A stretch of DNA of 64,000 bases, taken from positions 16,926,001-16,990,000 of the forward strand of contig CM022670.1 in assembly GCA_012295275.1 (NCBI GenBank), read 5' to 3'. Shown here piece after piece: positions 41,326-56,900 of this stretch; the first letter of the stretch is position 1, and every line of letters begins with the position of its first letter. This DNA is from Chrysomallon squamiferum. Its lineage: Eukaryota; Animalia; Mollusca. Made by a program: the position numbers and the translations under genes. The notes under the pieces were generated by a model. That model saw only the letters and a list, made by a program, of their open reading frames with translations, had not been told where the DNA came from and ran no database searches.

Positions 41326-43463
41326 GTTGTGTTTGTGATTGTGTGTTTGTTTTATGGTTAGACTGTTTTTTAATTAAATTTTTATAATTAAATGATTGAA
41401 ATATATAATGTTGTTTGTTGTTATTGGTATTTTTGTTTATTTGTTGTTGTTTTTGTAGGGTTTTATTTTTTATTTATAACTGTTTGTGGTTTTTTTAATT
41501 ATTTGTTGTTGCTTTTTTAATTTTTTTGTTGTTGCTTTTTTTATATTGTATTGGGGATTTTTGTTTTGTATTGTTGTTTTCTTTTCTTGTTTTTTTTTTT
41601 TTTTTAAATTTTTTTTTATTTTTTGAAACTCTCTATGTTTGTCTGCAACCTATTATTTTATGAGAAAAATTTCAAGGAACTTTGGTTGAAAAAAAAAATA
41701 TAATAATAAATGATGATGAAAGGGCTGCCGATGATGATGATGATGATGATGATGTAATATGAAGGGGAGTGAACTCCAGTTGATTTATATACATGATGGT
41801 TTCTTCCAAATAATTTCAGAATCTACGTGTGATTTGTCAGTATTAGGTCAGTTATTTGGGTATCAGCCCATGAAGTACTTCTGACTGAGAACTGGGTCAG
41901 TTTCTTCTGTCATAACAAACACAGAACTTTAAATAAATGTAGAGTATATGGTTGCTAGGTACACAAATAAGTCCACTAGATAAGAACAACCCTTTGGTCT
42001 TGTTGGAAATGAAATGTTAAGCCATGTTAAAAAAAAAAGATAATAATAATAAAAAGAACTGTTTAGTTTCTCCACCCCACCAGAGGAATGCTTTCTGATC
42101 TCAAAATTTGTTTAATTTTATTATTATTATTATTATTATTATTATCATTATTATTATTATTATTATTATTATTTACAAACTCAAGATTCCTGAATTACCA
42201 GTTTGACCCAGATTGTGACTTCTTCACTACTTTTTGCTGGCCGATGCGTTCAGTTGATCATAATTTCAGAAGCAGTCAGTATTCAGTGATGTTCAGGATC
42301 AAGCTGAGAAGGGGCAAAGTACAAGAAAAACAAGTTTCTGTTCAGCTTACACATTTGTAATACGCTGTCACCTTAAATACGCACAGCTGAACTTTTTTTT
42401 CTTTCTCTCAGCTATTTTAATGTCTTCATGTGCAGTTTCTAATCTGGAAGTTTCTTTAGTTGTGTATGCCTTTTTATCACACCTGGCCATGAAGATGCTT
42501 GCTAGATGGGTTTTTTAATTTTGTTTCCTGCTCACCACCATTCTACGTAAAAGATAATGAAAAAAAAATCTCACTTACACGGCCTGCCTGGAAATACTGA
42601 ATGAGTGAATGACAAACAAGTATTTTTTATCTTACAGATTTACTATGCCGAAGTCACGTTTTAGAGCATACTGAGATTGGATTTCATTTCTGTAAATATG
42701 TAAAGATGAGCTTTGTGTTTATTATTTCATTGATAAAAGCAATGTTTTGAATTACACAAGCATAACTCATCCCAAAAAAATCTGTTCGTAGGTCCAAGAA
42801 ATAAGTCACACATGATCACGCTGTTTGTCCTTACATATTAGGGACTACGTTACAAACCTCATAACAATTTAACTGGAACAGTCTAGCTATAACCTAGCTG
42901 TAGAGTATTATCTGAAACATTTATATCAGAGTAAGTAGTTCAGTATTCATTATCTAGGTAAAACTAATAATTGGATGCGAATTCTGAAACACAAAACCCC
43001 AAAGCAGCAATATAATTTATATATTTATTATTGTAACTGTTGCTTATTGTCGTCATTGTCGTTGTTTTAACGTTCGAGAGCAGTAAAAGACGTACATTAA
43101 GAAATATTTAACTGCTTAATGTGTGTTTGGTAAACATGCACTGTAAGGAACGTGCCAACCAGGGCGTGTCGACTTTGTAAGACTGGAACTACAACTGAGG
43201 ACGGACGTTGATAACGAGATCACAAAAGCTGTGAAATAAAATATGCTGTTCGTATCTGTGGAGTTTATCCAACCGTGCGCTGGGGTGGACTGTTGCTATG
43301 AAGAGTTCATTCAATGTACGAACAATGGTTTTATTTATCCTTGTAATGTCATTGAAGGACAACTGAAGTGATGTTTACCAAAGTAAAAAATAAAATAATA
43401 ATATACCACCATGCGCAAATCGACGATTATTTGTTGTTATTACAATTATTTTGTTTATATGTA

Positions 43464-43592
<129 letters not shown>

Positions 43593-46144
43593 GAATAGAT
43601 ATATAGATAGGTATAGATACAGAGATAAATAGATAGATAAAGAGACAGACAGACAGACAAGTAATTATTATTATTTATTTATTTTATTTTATTTTATTTT
43701 ATTTTATTTTTTTTTATTTATTTATTTATTTATTCTTGTTGTTATGAAGGCAGTGGAGATGGTTTTGTTGTCGTCGTGTTTGCTCGGTTGCTTTGTGTAA
43801 TGACGTATTAACGTATGGGATTACAAGACATTAAAAATAATATTTTATAATAGGTTCGTATTCTAATAAACATGTATTTACCTGTAAACAATGAAGAAAA
43901 CATTCACCTGTGCAGGTGTTTCGTCACCATTTACGGAACCTCAAACTAATATGTCATTCATTTGTGTTTTATAGCAACGACTTGAATGACCAAGAACGCA
44001 ACCGCCGAGTGATTAGTCAATATCTATTACGTGTAGATTCGATCACACCACATAATGTCAGGAGATATGCTCTGTTGTGATTCCTTTCAAAAACAAAGTT
44101 GCAAAAAGAATACATAAAAATACATTTACTCAGAAATATATTCATAGCTAATTCATATAAAAACATATTAAACATAGACAGACATACATGCATACAATAA
44201 TTTAAACACACCCATACACAAACACATACACAATGAACAAAGTCTTCACGACCAGATATATGAAAAAACCCTGTAGAATGAAACTAGTTATAAATCGATG
44301 TTGTGTTACTGTCATATAACCAATCCCCTTCAAAATGGCAAAAACATAAATAAATAAATAAATAAATAAACGTAATACTGGCTCTCCAATGCAAGAGCAT
44401 GGTGAAATTACACCTGAAACTGCATTAAGCTATTCTTTACCATCATCAGTCACTGTTCTATCTAAGAAGAATAAAGCTGATATCTTAAGACAGTAACCAT
44501 TTACTTCTATCTTTTATCAGTCAATCCTAAATAACAATAATCAAAAAAATGAAATGAAATGAACTTAATCGTTTTATTTCTGTACTGATCACTCTAAAGA
44601 GTAATTAGACACTAAAGAAGTAACTTTGGACAATCTATATAGATGGGCGTGTGTGTGTGTGTGTGTGTGTGCGTGCGCGCGTGTATGTAAGAAGTAATTT
44701 ATGGAAGCAAATACTGTTCCATCCGAAACAGATATTTGTGATTAATTACTGAAAATGTAGAAATTTATCTAGTCATCATTTTTTGACCTAACATACAAGT
44801 ATAGCAGGACACACATACATTTTTTTTTTTTTTTTCCACTTGAGTCTATGTGAAATTTTTCAACAATTTCAACAAAGATTAACTTTTTAAATCATACTGT
44901 TCCATTAATTTATTATTAAATTATTATTTAACACATAAATCGTAATCCCGAGTGTCAAAAATTCTAATAAAATTATTTTTGTAATATTATTGTTTTGTTG
45001 TTACTGTTGTAGTTGTTGCGGCGTGGTGAAGGTGGTTTTGCTGTCGTGATTGTTTGGGTAGTTTGCAAAAAGGCGTATTCATTTAGTGGTGGAAAAAGGC
45101 TTGTATGTCAAACTTGTTAAACATTTTTATTGTTTTAAAACAACTGAAAGTTTATACTTTATCTTAAGACAATGACTTGTGTAATCTGACCACTGGGAAG
45201 TGAGACCACCCTAATCCTAATTGACGTAGGAAATTTCGACATTCAGCAGATTTGTTCATGTTCAGTGTCGGTTATAAATATATTTATATTTATAGGAATG
45301 AAAGTAGTAATTAATTCCTATATACACAGTGGTGGAAACGGAAAGGAATGTAAAAGCGATGCTTCCCTTCATTTTAATTTCCAGTTTATATCCAATTTTT
45401 ATACTAGTACAGATTCAGGGATGTTTATTAACTCGATTATGTCAAGTTTCATGAAAAAAACAAAAACAATTAAGCTGTTTATTTAAATTTTTTAATAATT
45501 ATTTTTACTCAGCTATCAATTATTTTAGCAATCACAAATCGAAAACACAATCTTCCTCGCTGGCAAGCCCAGCAAATGATTATAAATGACCCCGGAAAGA
45601 TCGCTGCATACTGCAGTAGCAGTTGCGTGATTTTGCTGTGAGATACCTGTATTTATTGTGAACTCGACTCACGCTAACTAGCATAAAGACTCGTTTTTTG
45701 CATGATCTCCCTGAATTTGAAATTATTACGATAGGCCTCATGTGGGATAGGCAATAGATAATTCAGTACTTTTTCTATTACCTGACTCCAATAGCAAACT
45801 ATTTTTTTTCAGATTCCAAAACATTTCTCACGATGAGATTCGTTGCATCTACCCCCCATTCCTTCGCTTCGTTTGCGGGTGCGCGCGCGTTTGTGTGAGA
45901 ATATATAGGCCTATAGTTTTTTGTTTTTAAATATTTACAAATAAGAATAAATCCAGCTAAGAATATACTGTTGAAAATTAAGAAATAATAATAATAAAAT
46001 AATAATGATAACAACAACAACACACACACACACACACTTTTATAGTTACTGCAATACTGACTTGTATTAATTTGCATTTTATTTCATAATGATGAAGCAT
46101 ACATTAAAAGATTCAGTATGTTTTAGATATGTGTGTGTGTGTGT

Positions 46145-46250
<106 letters not shown>

Positions 46251-46909
46251 ACGTGTGTATGCTTTTGTGATTAAGTATAACAGTCTGAATTACATATACT
46301 TAGTCGCTATGATTAGATACGGGTGAGCTGACAGTTAAAGCTAGACTATACTAGTCTGTCTGAACTAAAAAATAATCATGCATTAATCTAACACAGTTGA
46401 ATCAAATTACCGAAACTCTCCACATTATACCACTGGAGTGTCTCTTAATGAGGTTAATGATGACGTAACAAAATTAAGAAATGTAAAGCATCTGGTAATT
46501 TGATGTTACCACCACTTCTGGCCAACCTTAAATCAAACACTAATTATGTCCGAGTGTGAATCTTTTCAAAATTTGTTAGCAAAATAATTGAATTAGTTTA
46601 GTATAACTGGTTATAAAAGTTTTGTTCGTAAGAAATAAATGTTTAATGCGGCAAATCAGTCAAATGAAACCAAGAGAAAGGTGGGTCAAAAGTCTATATA
46701 GTTTGTTCAATCTAAACGTGAAAATGCTGAGTCACAGATACAATAGTTGTACTTTGAAATACTATAAGCCTGTATTTACCAGTAAACAACGAGGAAAACA
46801 TTCACCTGTACACGTATTTCATCTCTGTCTAATTTACTAAATACGATTTGTGTCTGTAATATTTCTCCCAGAAACAGCAATTCTAAACCTATAACCGATA
46901 GGACACTCT

Positions 46910-46944
<35 letters not shown>

Positions 46945-47545
46945 TTGAGTTGTTGACTTCGATGGCTTTGGATATAATTGCTATAGTACCTTTTATTTTG
47001 TAGATTCATGTACACCCGATAAAGTCAACAGATATGCCTGTTGTGTTCACACATATACATACACTTCATGTCGTAAAGATTAGCTATTTATGGTTTTTCA
47101 CCACGCAAACGTATCTATCGAATCTTCAGGTGTATTTATAGATTTTATTTTGGTTACTGTTACTGTTGATACTGGTGGTGGTGGAGGTGGTGGTGGTGGT
47201 GGTGTTATTATAATTCCTTAAGGATTTTTCTTTGTCATTTTTAAGGGAAATGCTTATATTATACCTACATAATAATCTGTTTTGTTCTAAAAGTTTTATT
47301 CTTGCATTTCAGTATAAAAACATTATAATTCATTGTGTTTGTGTTTGTGGGTTTGTGTGTGTACATGTGTGTATGTATACATATCTACATCCGTGTCTTT
47401 TTCACTCAGCAGTCTAAGGAAAACACAATAACCCAGGAGTTATTTTTAAGCTTAAGTGAAGAGATCTATGTAAGATAATAATAAAAACAAAAAACAAAAA
47501 AAACTACCTCTTAACAAAACAACATTAATTAATTAAATGATTAAT

Positions 47546-47592
<47 letters not shown>

Positions 47593-50500
47593 TAAAAACG
47601 AAAAACAAGAAATTCAAAATTAAATTCTGAACGAACGAAAAAGAAAAAGAGGAACAAACATTTCGCTATGTAATTAGATGAAATTTTGACAGCTGTGATC
47701 GGCCTAGCTCGACCTCTTCATGGAATCTTAGATATCTCAATGACACTCAAGCATAGATAATTATATATAATCAAGCATATATATATATATATATTAAGAA
47801 GGATATTAATGTTATTGATCGCTTTTTATCACGTTACACATTTGGATCTGACCACAAGGGTTCGATAGCAACCACGTTGCCGACACGTAATCTAGAGCAA
47901 TCTAATATGTTAACTACAAGTCAACACATTGTCGAATACGTTTTGAATCAGTATGTCTGAAATCCATTGTATGCATGATCCGTATTTCTTTCCAGAATGG
48001 ATTATTTTATTTTCATGTATCTGCCCATTTTCAAGGTAGATAACCGAGTAGAAACTACCTGGAAACAAAAATGGCTGGCAGGAAACGAAAAACAGTAAAG
48101 ATACTAGTAACAATGAACTGCTAAATGCAATTAGACTTTAAAGTAATGATATATTAAAACATCCAACATTTACAAGATGAAATATTTATATCGATAAAAA
48201 TCTTAATGGGAATAACAAAGTTTTCCGTTCGATTGGATATATAGTGCGATTATTCATGTTTTAATTCAATAATTAAATAATAATAATAATAATAAAATAA
48301 TAATAATATAAAAAATAATAATAATAATAAAACAAAAAATAATAATAATAATAAAATAAAAAATACATAATAATAATAAAATAAAAAATATCAGTTCTGA
48401 TTCTTGGCTCGTAGGTCTGACATTCATAACAATAATTCTGAATTTTATGGACGGTTGCTTTACTGCGGCAGTGAGCGAGTGAGTAAAACAGTAATCTGAG
48501 CAAGCTGTTTCTGAAAAATGCCAGGTGGCGCGTCTGTCGCACGATTTACTACTACAGAAAATACACTGAAAGTTTATCATGAAACAAAGACTGTCAGGAA
48601 AGAATTGTTTACAGACAATGGACCAACTCAGCTACTCAAAACGCTTGGAAGAAAATATATTTACAAAATTAGTCGGCAAATTTTCTGATTCAGATAGCAT
48701 ATATACATGCGTGTGGGCGTGTTTGTGTATCCAGCGAGAAAATTAAACACGAGTATTTAGAAAAATGAAAATGTTTTGTTTGTGTTTCTCTTTCTTTTTA
48801 TCTTTTGTGTGTGTGTTTTTTTTTTTTTTTTTTTTTTTTGTTGTGTGTGTGTTATTATTATTGTTGTTGGTTGGTTGTTGCTTTTGCTGTAATAATGGAT
48901 TATATTTAATATTACTTTAGACCTTTAACATTGAACAGTTATATTACTGACAATATTAGTGATTAGTATTACGGAATATTTATGCTGAAAATTCAACAAA
49001 CTTGCAAATTATATATTATTCAGCAAAAAATATTAATAATAATAATGTTGCTATTTTAGAAAAACCAATACTGACAACAATGTTCACATTTTAAACTTTA
49101 TAACTGTAAAGTTTCAGTTCAACAGCTGGGAAAATCTGCACCTCGAAAAATATTTACGATGTCGGAGATGAATTATCCTTCTGTGTGCGTGTTTGTGCGT
49201 GTGAATGTGTGTGAGAGTAAATGATTCACTATCTTTCAGACTAAATGAAATGCATATAAAAGCTAGCTATCTTTAAAAATACCTAAAAGAAATAAAATTT
49301 TAACAAAATTAAAATAATACATATTTAAAATAAAATTAAGCTAATAATAATGTTTTAAAATGCTGATATGTCTTTTATTCTTTCGTAGTTTATTTGCGAA
49401 AATGTTTAAATTCTTTTGTTGACAATTTACATTAAGGTAATCACGTTGTGTTATTTGTATAAGTTGTTATCGAGTATCATCATGTTCTGCAAGCTGCGGT
49501 CCGGATGTAAATGGCATTGAGTTGAACAATATTTAGCTTTACACGAAAAGAAGGTATACTTCCACTGTTGAATAACAAACCCTTCCACCCCTCAAGTTTT
49601 AAGATGAGCTGTAAAGGTTCATGTTGGTGTGTATAATATATAAAAAAAGTTCTTGTACATGTAAAGTTCACTGAAATGTTGATTATACACTGAAAATAAA
49701 TTGCAGTCATTACTAGTGTCATAATCATGCAGTATCAGTTATTAATATTTGCAATTTTGTTTTATATTTGTTTCTTGGCTTTATACTGGGTTTAATTTTG
49801 TAATTTTCATTTTCTTATTTACTGTTTACATATTGTAATGTGACATCACAGACTGATAACCCGACTGTTACCTAGGAATGTTGAATCGTTTTTTTCACTC
49901 ATTTCTACCACGTCACTTATCAGTTGGCAGGTGTGTTGTGAAAGGTTGTCTGTTACGCGTTGACTGATAATTCACCCCACGATGGATATGACCTACAAAA
50001 CTGCAACAATGGTGAAATACAATCTAGGTCAGGACATTTATATGTTTACTTACCTTATTCATAGGGCGGTGTGTGTATATTGTGTGTGGGTATATATATT
50101 TATCTATGAGTGTCAGAGTATGTGAGTTGTTGTGGTTTTGTGTGTGTGTGTGTGTGTGTGTGTATTCGTCTTTATGTATGTGAACAAGATTATTTGAAAT
50201 ATTTTGGTAGGTTTCCATGACGATTATCTAAATTGATTTCCTTGATCCACTTCGTTACATATCACAGTTTTGTTGAAAAAAAAAATAATGTGTTTCAAAC
50301 GTTATGATCCTTTTCGAGAATTCCACAAACTGTCGTCCCTTTACTACAACAACTCATCTGGTAGCAGGGCGTTTCGAGACCCCTTTGTGGCCCCGAAGCA
50401 GGCAAAACTGAGGATAAAAACTCACATAATTATTTATTTCCATGATCAGATACAACATAATGTAACAAACATATTCAGTTAATGCATGGTTTTGCTGTAG

Positions 50501-52127
50501 GGCCCTTATTAGCGCTTGAACCCCAGAAAAAGTACCGATCGATCCCCTCCCCATATCGCAGGCCTTGTCTGGTAGTAATTCTTTTTCGTTATAATCTACA
50601 TTAACATACCGTCAAGAGGCGATCGAGTAATATGCGTAACAGCTGTATTAACCGACATGAATATTTGCGTATAAATTTGATGACCTTAATGCTTTTAAAA
50701 TGAATGCACATTGTTATCAGATTAAATCAGTCTATGCTAGAAAAAATAGTTATACATGTTTGTATAGTTGTAGGTTAAACTCTATGGGTGAATGCATAAA
50801 CTTGGTAACGGTATTGTAAATAAAATTTTAGACATAATAATTATGGCGAATGTTTTTTTGTTGTTGTTGTTTTTCAGTCGGTCCCACGTCATCTGTATTC
50901 GTCACTCCCTTTAAACTTTGGGTTAAATACCATCTCTGTTGTTCTTTATTACACCATAACTGTGAGCGATTCAACTGATTTTCACAATGAAAACAATAAT
51001 AAATAAATAAAAAAAAAAAAAAAAGTAACCTTAAGAAAAATCATTTAAAATGGCTGATCTTAAACACATACGTATGTAACCAAAAAAAAAAAAAAAAAAT
51101 GTTAGTATTTTATATCATACTGACTGAAAATAAACGTGAAGTTTCCTTAGAGTCGTTGAGCGACTTTTTAATTTTTTATATTTTTTTAAATATTTGTTAT
51201 TTTATTTTATTTTTTTTTTTTTTTTTTTATTATTATTATTATTATTTGTTGTTGTTGCCTAAGCGCCATTTGCAACTATACCGCTGCGTATAAAACGATT
51301 AGTGTACAACTCATTCATTTTGACGGATCACGGATGGAAAAGGGTTTGAGGAAACAGGGCTGCCGCGCCAGGCTGGGGTTTGAGGGGGACGGGGTCTAAA
51401 CGTTGTAAGATGAGTTTATTCATTATTTTCTTAAATCATCGCAGTAAGCTCATTTTCACAAGGGCACGCCAGTCTTAAATGTATAGATATTAGAAAACGA
51501 TATAACTATAAATAAAATATATACACTTTAGATTATTGCTTTGCTAAAAAATGTCTCTGACTCTATACTAGAAAAGAAATTAGACATAAATCGAAAACGA
51601 TGCATGAACAATATTATTAATTATTATTATTATTATTATTCATTCATCCATTCATATCTTTTTTTAAATTATTATTTTGTTTGGGTTTTTTTTTTGGGGG
51701 GGGGGTATTTTTTATGTAGTTTTTAAAAAGATCACATTTTGTTATTTTTATTTCTTTAGAAGAATAAAAACAAAACAAAAATATTAACATCTTTCGGCTA
51801 ATAAATATGAAACACACCTAAATGTGTATTGGATGAAGAAAATTATAAGAATGCTATTTAAATATCAGGGTGTTAATGACTGTTGATATAACATAATATT
51901 ATAAAATAGGAGTCTTGCATGTCAGAATTATCATTTTCTAGACTCTGGGCATATCCAGAATTTTTTATTAGAAAACAAGACGTATGTCAGCCCTATCTTA
52001 TGTTATATAATACTGCTCGTGTGTGTTTGTGTGTGTGTGAGTGTCAAGTAATATTAAACATTTATTATTATTATTATTTTAGTAGTAGTAGTTTTATATA
52101 TGTATATATATATATATAACACACACA

Positions 52128-52170
<43 letters not shown>

Positions 52171-53201
52171 TATTGCTTTAGTTGTTTTGTTGGATTTTTT
52201 TCTCTCCCGCAAGATTTATTTAAACAAAAATAATAATAATAAAAATATTCTTATCATTTCAAGAGTAAAACTCACGTTTACCTACAGTTATACAGCATAT
52301 ATATAAAATAAAACATTATTTATTTTATTTATTTTATTTATATTTTATTTTTATTTTTATTATTCATCTTGAAACTTTATAAATAATTAGCTTCTTCGCA
52401 TGCCTCATTTAGATCCTGGGTCCCATTTTCTATAAATATAGACTGAAAAAAAGAAAAAATAATGTAAGAAATAACAATGCAACAGTTACGTTACCAAACA
52501 TTTCAAATAATGTTTTATATCTTTGATACATGTAGAAACAATAAATTCAATGAGTTTATTTACTACATATTTTTATATTTGACCTTGACATCTAGGGGTG
52601 TTGTCCGCAACAGCCACATCTATTGGTTTGCGCCAGTCGGTTTCATTATCTGGATTAAACCGGTTTGGCTACGTATCCAATTCATTCATGTTCGCAAAAT
52701 GGGTAGGTCACTAACAGCCCGCGTGTCTTACTTTGCGTCAGTGTAATCCGCTTTCTCCTTGCGAAAGGTAATGACGAACCAAGATTACGCAATGTCAGAC
52801 GACACGTTTTCTTTAAAAAAGAACGTTACAACGTATGAATGAATAAAGAATTTCAAGCAAAAACAATAAAAACAATGTATAAAATTAAAATGGTGGTCCA
52901 CGTTACTGCAATCTTTTGGTGTCTTACTGTTTAATAATAAAAATAATTTTGATAAAACCACGCACACACAAATACATGTATTATATGAATTTAAAGAATC
53001 AGCTGACATGAAATAGCAGTTTTTTTCTTTTTCTTTGGGTAACAGGATCAGTCCATCTGAATTGTCCCCCAATCTATTTATCAATGGATATGAGATGTCC
53101 GTGTGTTAAATAAAATAAAATCTCGATAGCAGATTGTAGCGTAAGAGCAATGCAATGAATTAGCTGGAACAGTAGATTTCATCATCATCATCATCTATTT
53201 C

Positions 53202-53239
<38 letters not shown>

Positions 53240-53338
53240 TAATATGAACAATAACAACAACATAATCATAATTACAGCAACCGTAACAACAATAAAAGCC
53301 TAAACAAAAATAATCGTAAAATATTGTGCTAAATCCTA

Positions 53339-53375
<37 letters not shown>

Positions 53376-53546
53376 CATTCACACCTAGAAAGAATAAAAA
53401 TTAAAGATGCAGTTTGCTTCGTTGTTTTTACTTGTGTATATATATATAATACAGACCATAAATAAAATAAAAAAAAAATAAAAACATGCTATTTAATACC
53501 AGCCTATCAGAAACCTTTTCACTAGTGCTTAAGGTCATCCAGTGAC

Positions 53547-53556
53547 ATGGCGTGAT
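53547..53556 (-). promoter_or_regulatory. candidate sterol regulatory element (SREBP site)
   Basis: ATCACGCCAT on the minus strand fits ATCACNCCAY, ~370 bp upstream of the LDLR-family ATG. Confidence 0.4.
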
Positions 53557-53922
53557 CGTCTGAGTCTGATTAATATGTAATATACAGAAGCTTAGTGACA
53601 AAACGAGTCTGCACATACGTAGATAAAGAGGAGAAATATTGTGAAAACTATTCTTGTACGCTGTGTGCGAGTTTCACGAAATCATATAAAAGCTAGCTGA
53701 TTTAATATTGTGCCGGTGACTTCTTTTAAGGTAGCAAAACGTAGCAGAGGGGGAATACGCCTTAATAGAACAGCGAACAAAACTGTTTTGAGATACCCCA
53801 GTTCCGTATGCCCTGTCATTTGGGAAGCCGGCTGTTGTGCGAAAGCTGTTTCTAACAAATTCTAAAATATTCGATTTACGCATAATAATTTACTTCCAAA
53901 CTTTATTCACAGTGATTAAAGT

Positions 53923-56900
53923 ATGAAGATTTTGTTTTTGAGGACCTATTATGTTATTCTGGTGTTACAAGTGTTTCTGTTGCTACACGTTGACAACGTG
54001 CTTGGTGAGTAAATAGAGTACTGAGTACATCTTAAAATGCGTTCATGTTTGACATTCAAACTATGTTTTCTTTTACTTACGAACTTTTTTTTTTAAATTC
54101 ATGTTATTATTATTTCATATACTTTAAATATTTATCTTAAAATATTTAGGGTTTTCTTTTGAAGTGTCATAATCTTGTAATTGCAGGTGGAAATACAACT
54201 TGCCCTGGTTCACAATTCCAGTGTGAAAATGGGAAGTGTATTACTATAGGTTGGAAGTGTGACGAAGATGACGACTGTGGTGACAATTCTGACGAGAAAA
54301 ACTGTCGTAAGTTTATGCTTGTAATTCTAGAATAAATTAGCAACAATCTAGTATATGAATAATGTTACACAATACAGATTGAGTCGTGTCTTTCTTTCAT
54401 TGTTGAAGTATTGTCGCTCATGTATTTTTTGAAAATAACACTGCATTTAAATTTGTTAATAAGTATAAAGGACATAAAATTAAGGATGAAAATATTTTAA
54501 TTTGGGGTTTGGTAGGTAGGCGTGGTTTTTATGTTTATGGTTTACTTGTTTATACACTTGACACCTCAGAAGTTTGTTAGGTGATCACAGGGTGCGTCGA
54601 CCTTAGGTCAAGTCCGTTGATTGGCTGAAAATTCTGGCCTGAGCTCTGCTGGTTTGTATCATCCAACCAAAAAACGGCAAATTCTGGCGCTTCCGCCATG
54701 CTTGACGTCAATGGGTCAAATATTTCCCATGCTTGTCGGGGATGTCTCAAAAAGTACAATTGTATGCAGTATCATTTCGCCGTTACCAATTCACTATCAT
54801 TTGTGATGAAATGTTATCATTGTTATTAGTCATTTAAATACAAAATCATATGTACTACAATCCCATGATAATATCATCCACAAATACAAAATGATTGTAT
54901 TTTAAATTTATACTTACATGTAGTTTAAGAAGTATGATGAAATTGGTTGGAGAAATAGTAAAAGAAAATCTTTGTTGGCTTACGTTGCATGTTACATCTA
55001 ATTAAAAAAAAAGCTATAAAAGCAAGATTAAAACATTTAAGAAAAAAATAATACAATTTCATAATCGTACATTTGAGGTATAATCCTTGTTAGCATAATT
55101 TTACTTATATTTTAATACTTTTTGTTTACTACTAGTGTAGATGTATAAAAAGGTCATATCAAACCGTAAACATATTTTCAAACTTGTTGTATCTTTCACC
55201 AACACTGACATAGGTATCCATGCTGTCACAGTAAGTGGGATAAATGCAAAACATTACTTCAAACCAGACAAATCTTGTGGGCAGCCTCAATTTGTTTTTG
55301 GAAATGTACATTACTTTTTATGATACTTATATTTTATTTTAAAAACAGAATTAATATTCTAAGTACTTTCTCAGAAATAATTCAATGCTTTAGTTAAAAA
55401 TATTTTTTTGTGGAATGTACAGAAGTTACAGCAACAGCAAAGCTGCCACATGTAAATATGGGCTATAATAATGAAAAATTGGTATATAGTATGTTTGACA
55501 AACATAAATATGTTTATACAGTTTTATATGACCTTTTTATGTCTTTTATTTTTTTGTTATTATTTATTTAAAAGAAAAAAAATCAATATAATACTGAGTA
55601 AAACTGGGTGCTACAAAATGATACAGTTTAAAGTGTTTTAAATATTGTACATCAAATATTAATGTGATTATTTAATTCTTATAGGAATTGACCCTAACTT
55701 TACTGTTATTAGTCAGGAAATAAATGCAGAAATGATCAGTGGTAGAATCAGAAATGTAGTTTAGGCTGCACTGTTTTTAATGATATTATTATTCAAATAT
55801 GTAGTTGTTTTATATTTAAAAAATCATTACCATATAACTTCCTGTTTAGAAATAACATAATACTGTTTTTCACTTTAGCTGCAGTGACTTGTGCTGAAGA
55901 GGATTTCACTTGTGTGACAGATCATAAGTGTATTCCACTGCGTTGGCAGTGTGATAAAGAACCAGACTGTCAAGATGGATCAGATGAGTCAGCTGAAGTT
56001 TGTAGTAAGTAACTGTTTAAATATAGAACTTTACTGAATATTTTATCAGACTAAAATTTTAATAATCAGTTATGTAATGTTTTTTCATTTAAAAAATTTT
56101 AAAATTTCAGTTTTGAATTGAATTTATTTTTGTACCTTGTATGAAATACGGTACACTTAGCTGTCTACAAAAATGGTTTGATCAAAATGTTCGAATACCA
56201 CTTTTATTGTGAACAGTAATGTATATGGATCCATATTATATACTGCTCTTTTAAACCAGCTGGTATAATTGAATAAACATTTCCACCATTTACAAATGTT
56301 GTGTTGAAAGTTATCAGTGTTATTACATTTAGTTCTGATGGACCTTGGATATAAAATTTTGCTAGAACTTTCTTTTGTATCACACAATTATTGTCAATTC
56401 TAACAAAACATTTTGTTCCTAATTAATACCGGTAAATGGGTATATCTTGAAACAGATGTAATTTTAAAAATTTATTATAATCTCTGCTTAACTGATATTG
56501 TCAACAGGTAAGAAGGAATGCCCTTCTGGACATTTTAAATGTTCTAATGGTGTGTGTCTCCCTCCTACATGGGTATGTGATGGTAGCCCAGATTGTCCCA
56601 AAGGAGATGATGAGGAACATTGTGGTGAGTTTGATGAAAAAGATTTAGCATTCACAACATTTTTGATGTTAAACTAATTGTGACTTCCAGAAATTATATG
56701 ATGTGTTTCCCCCATAAACATTTCTGTGCTATTTGAGGCAGTGAGGTTCTAGTGTTGAAATAAAGAAGCTGTTTATACATTTTTTCTCTTTTTTTGTTAC
56801 GTTTTGTATGGCATTTGCATCATTCTAATGCTAATGTTTTATTTTATCAAAACATTGCCACGTCTTAAGCAATATCTGTTAAAGTTAAGTTCTCTTTTAA

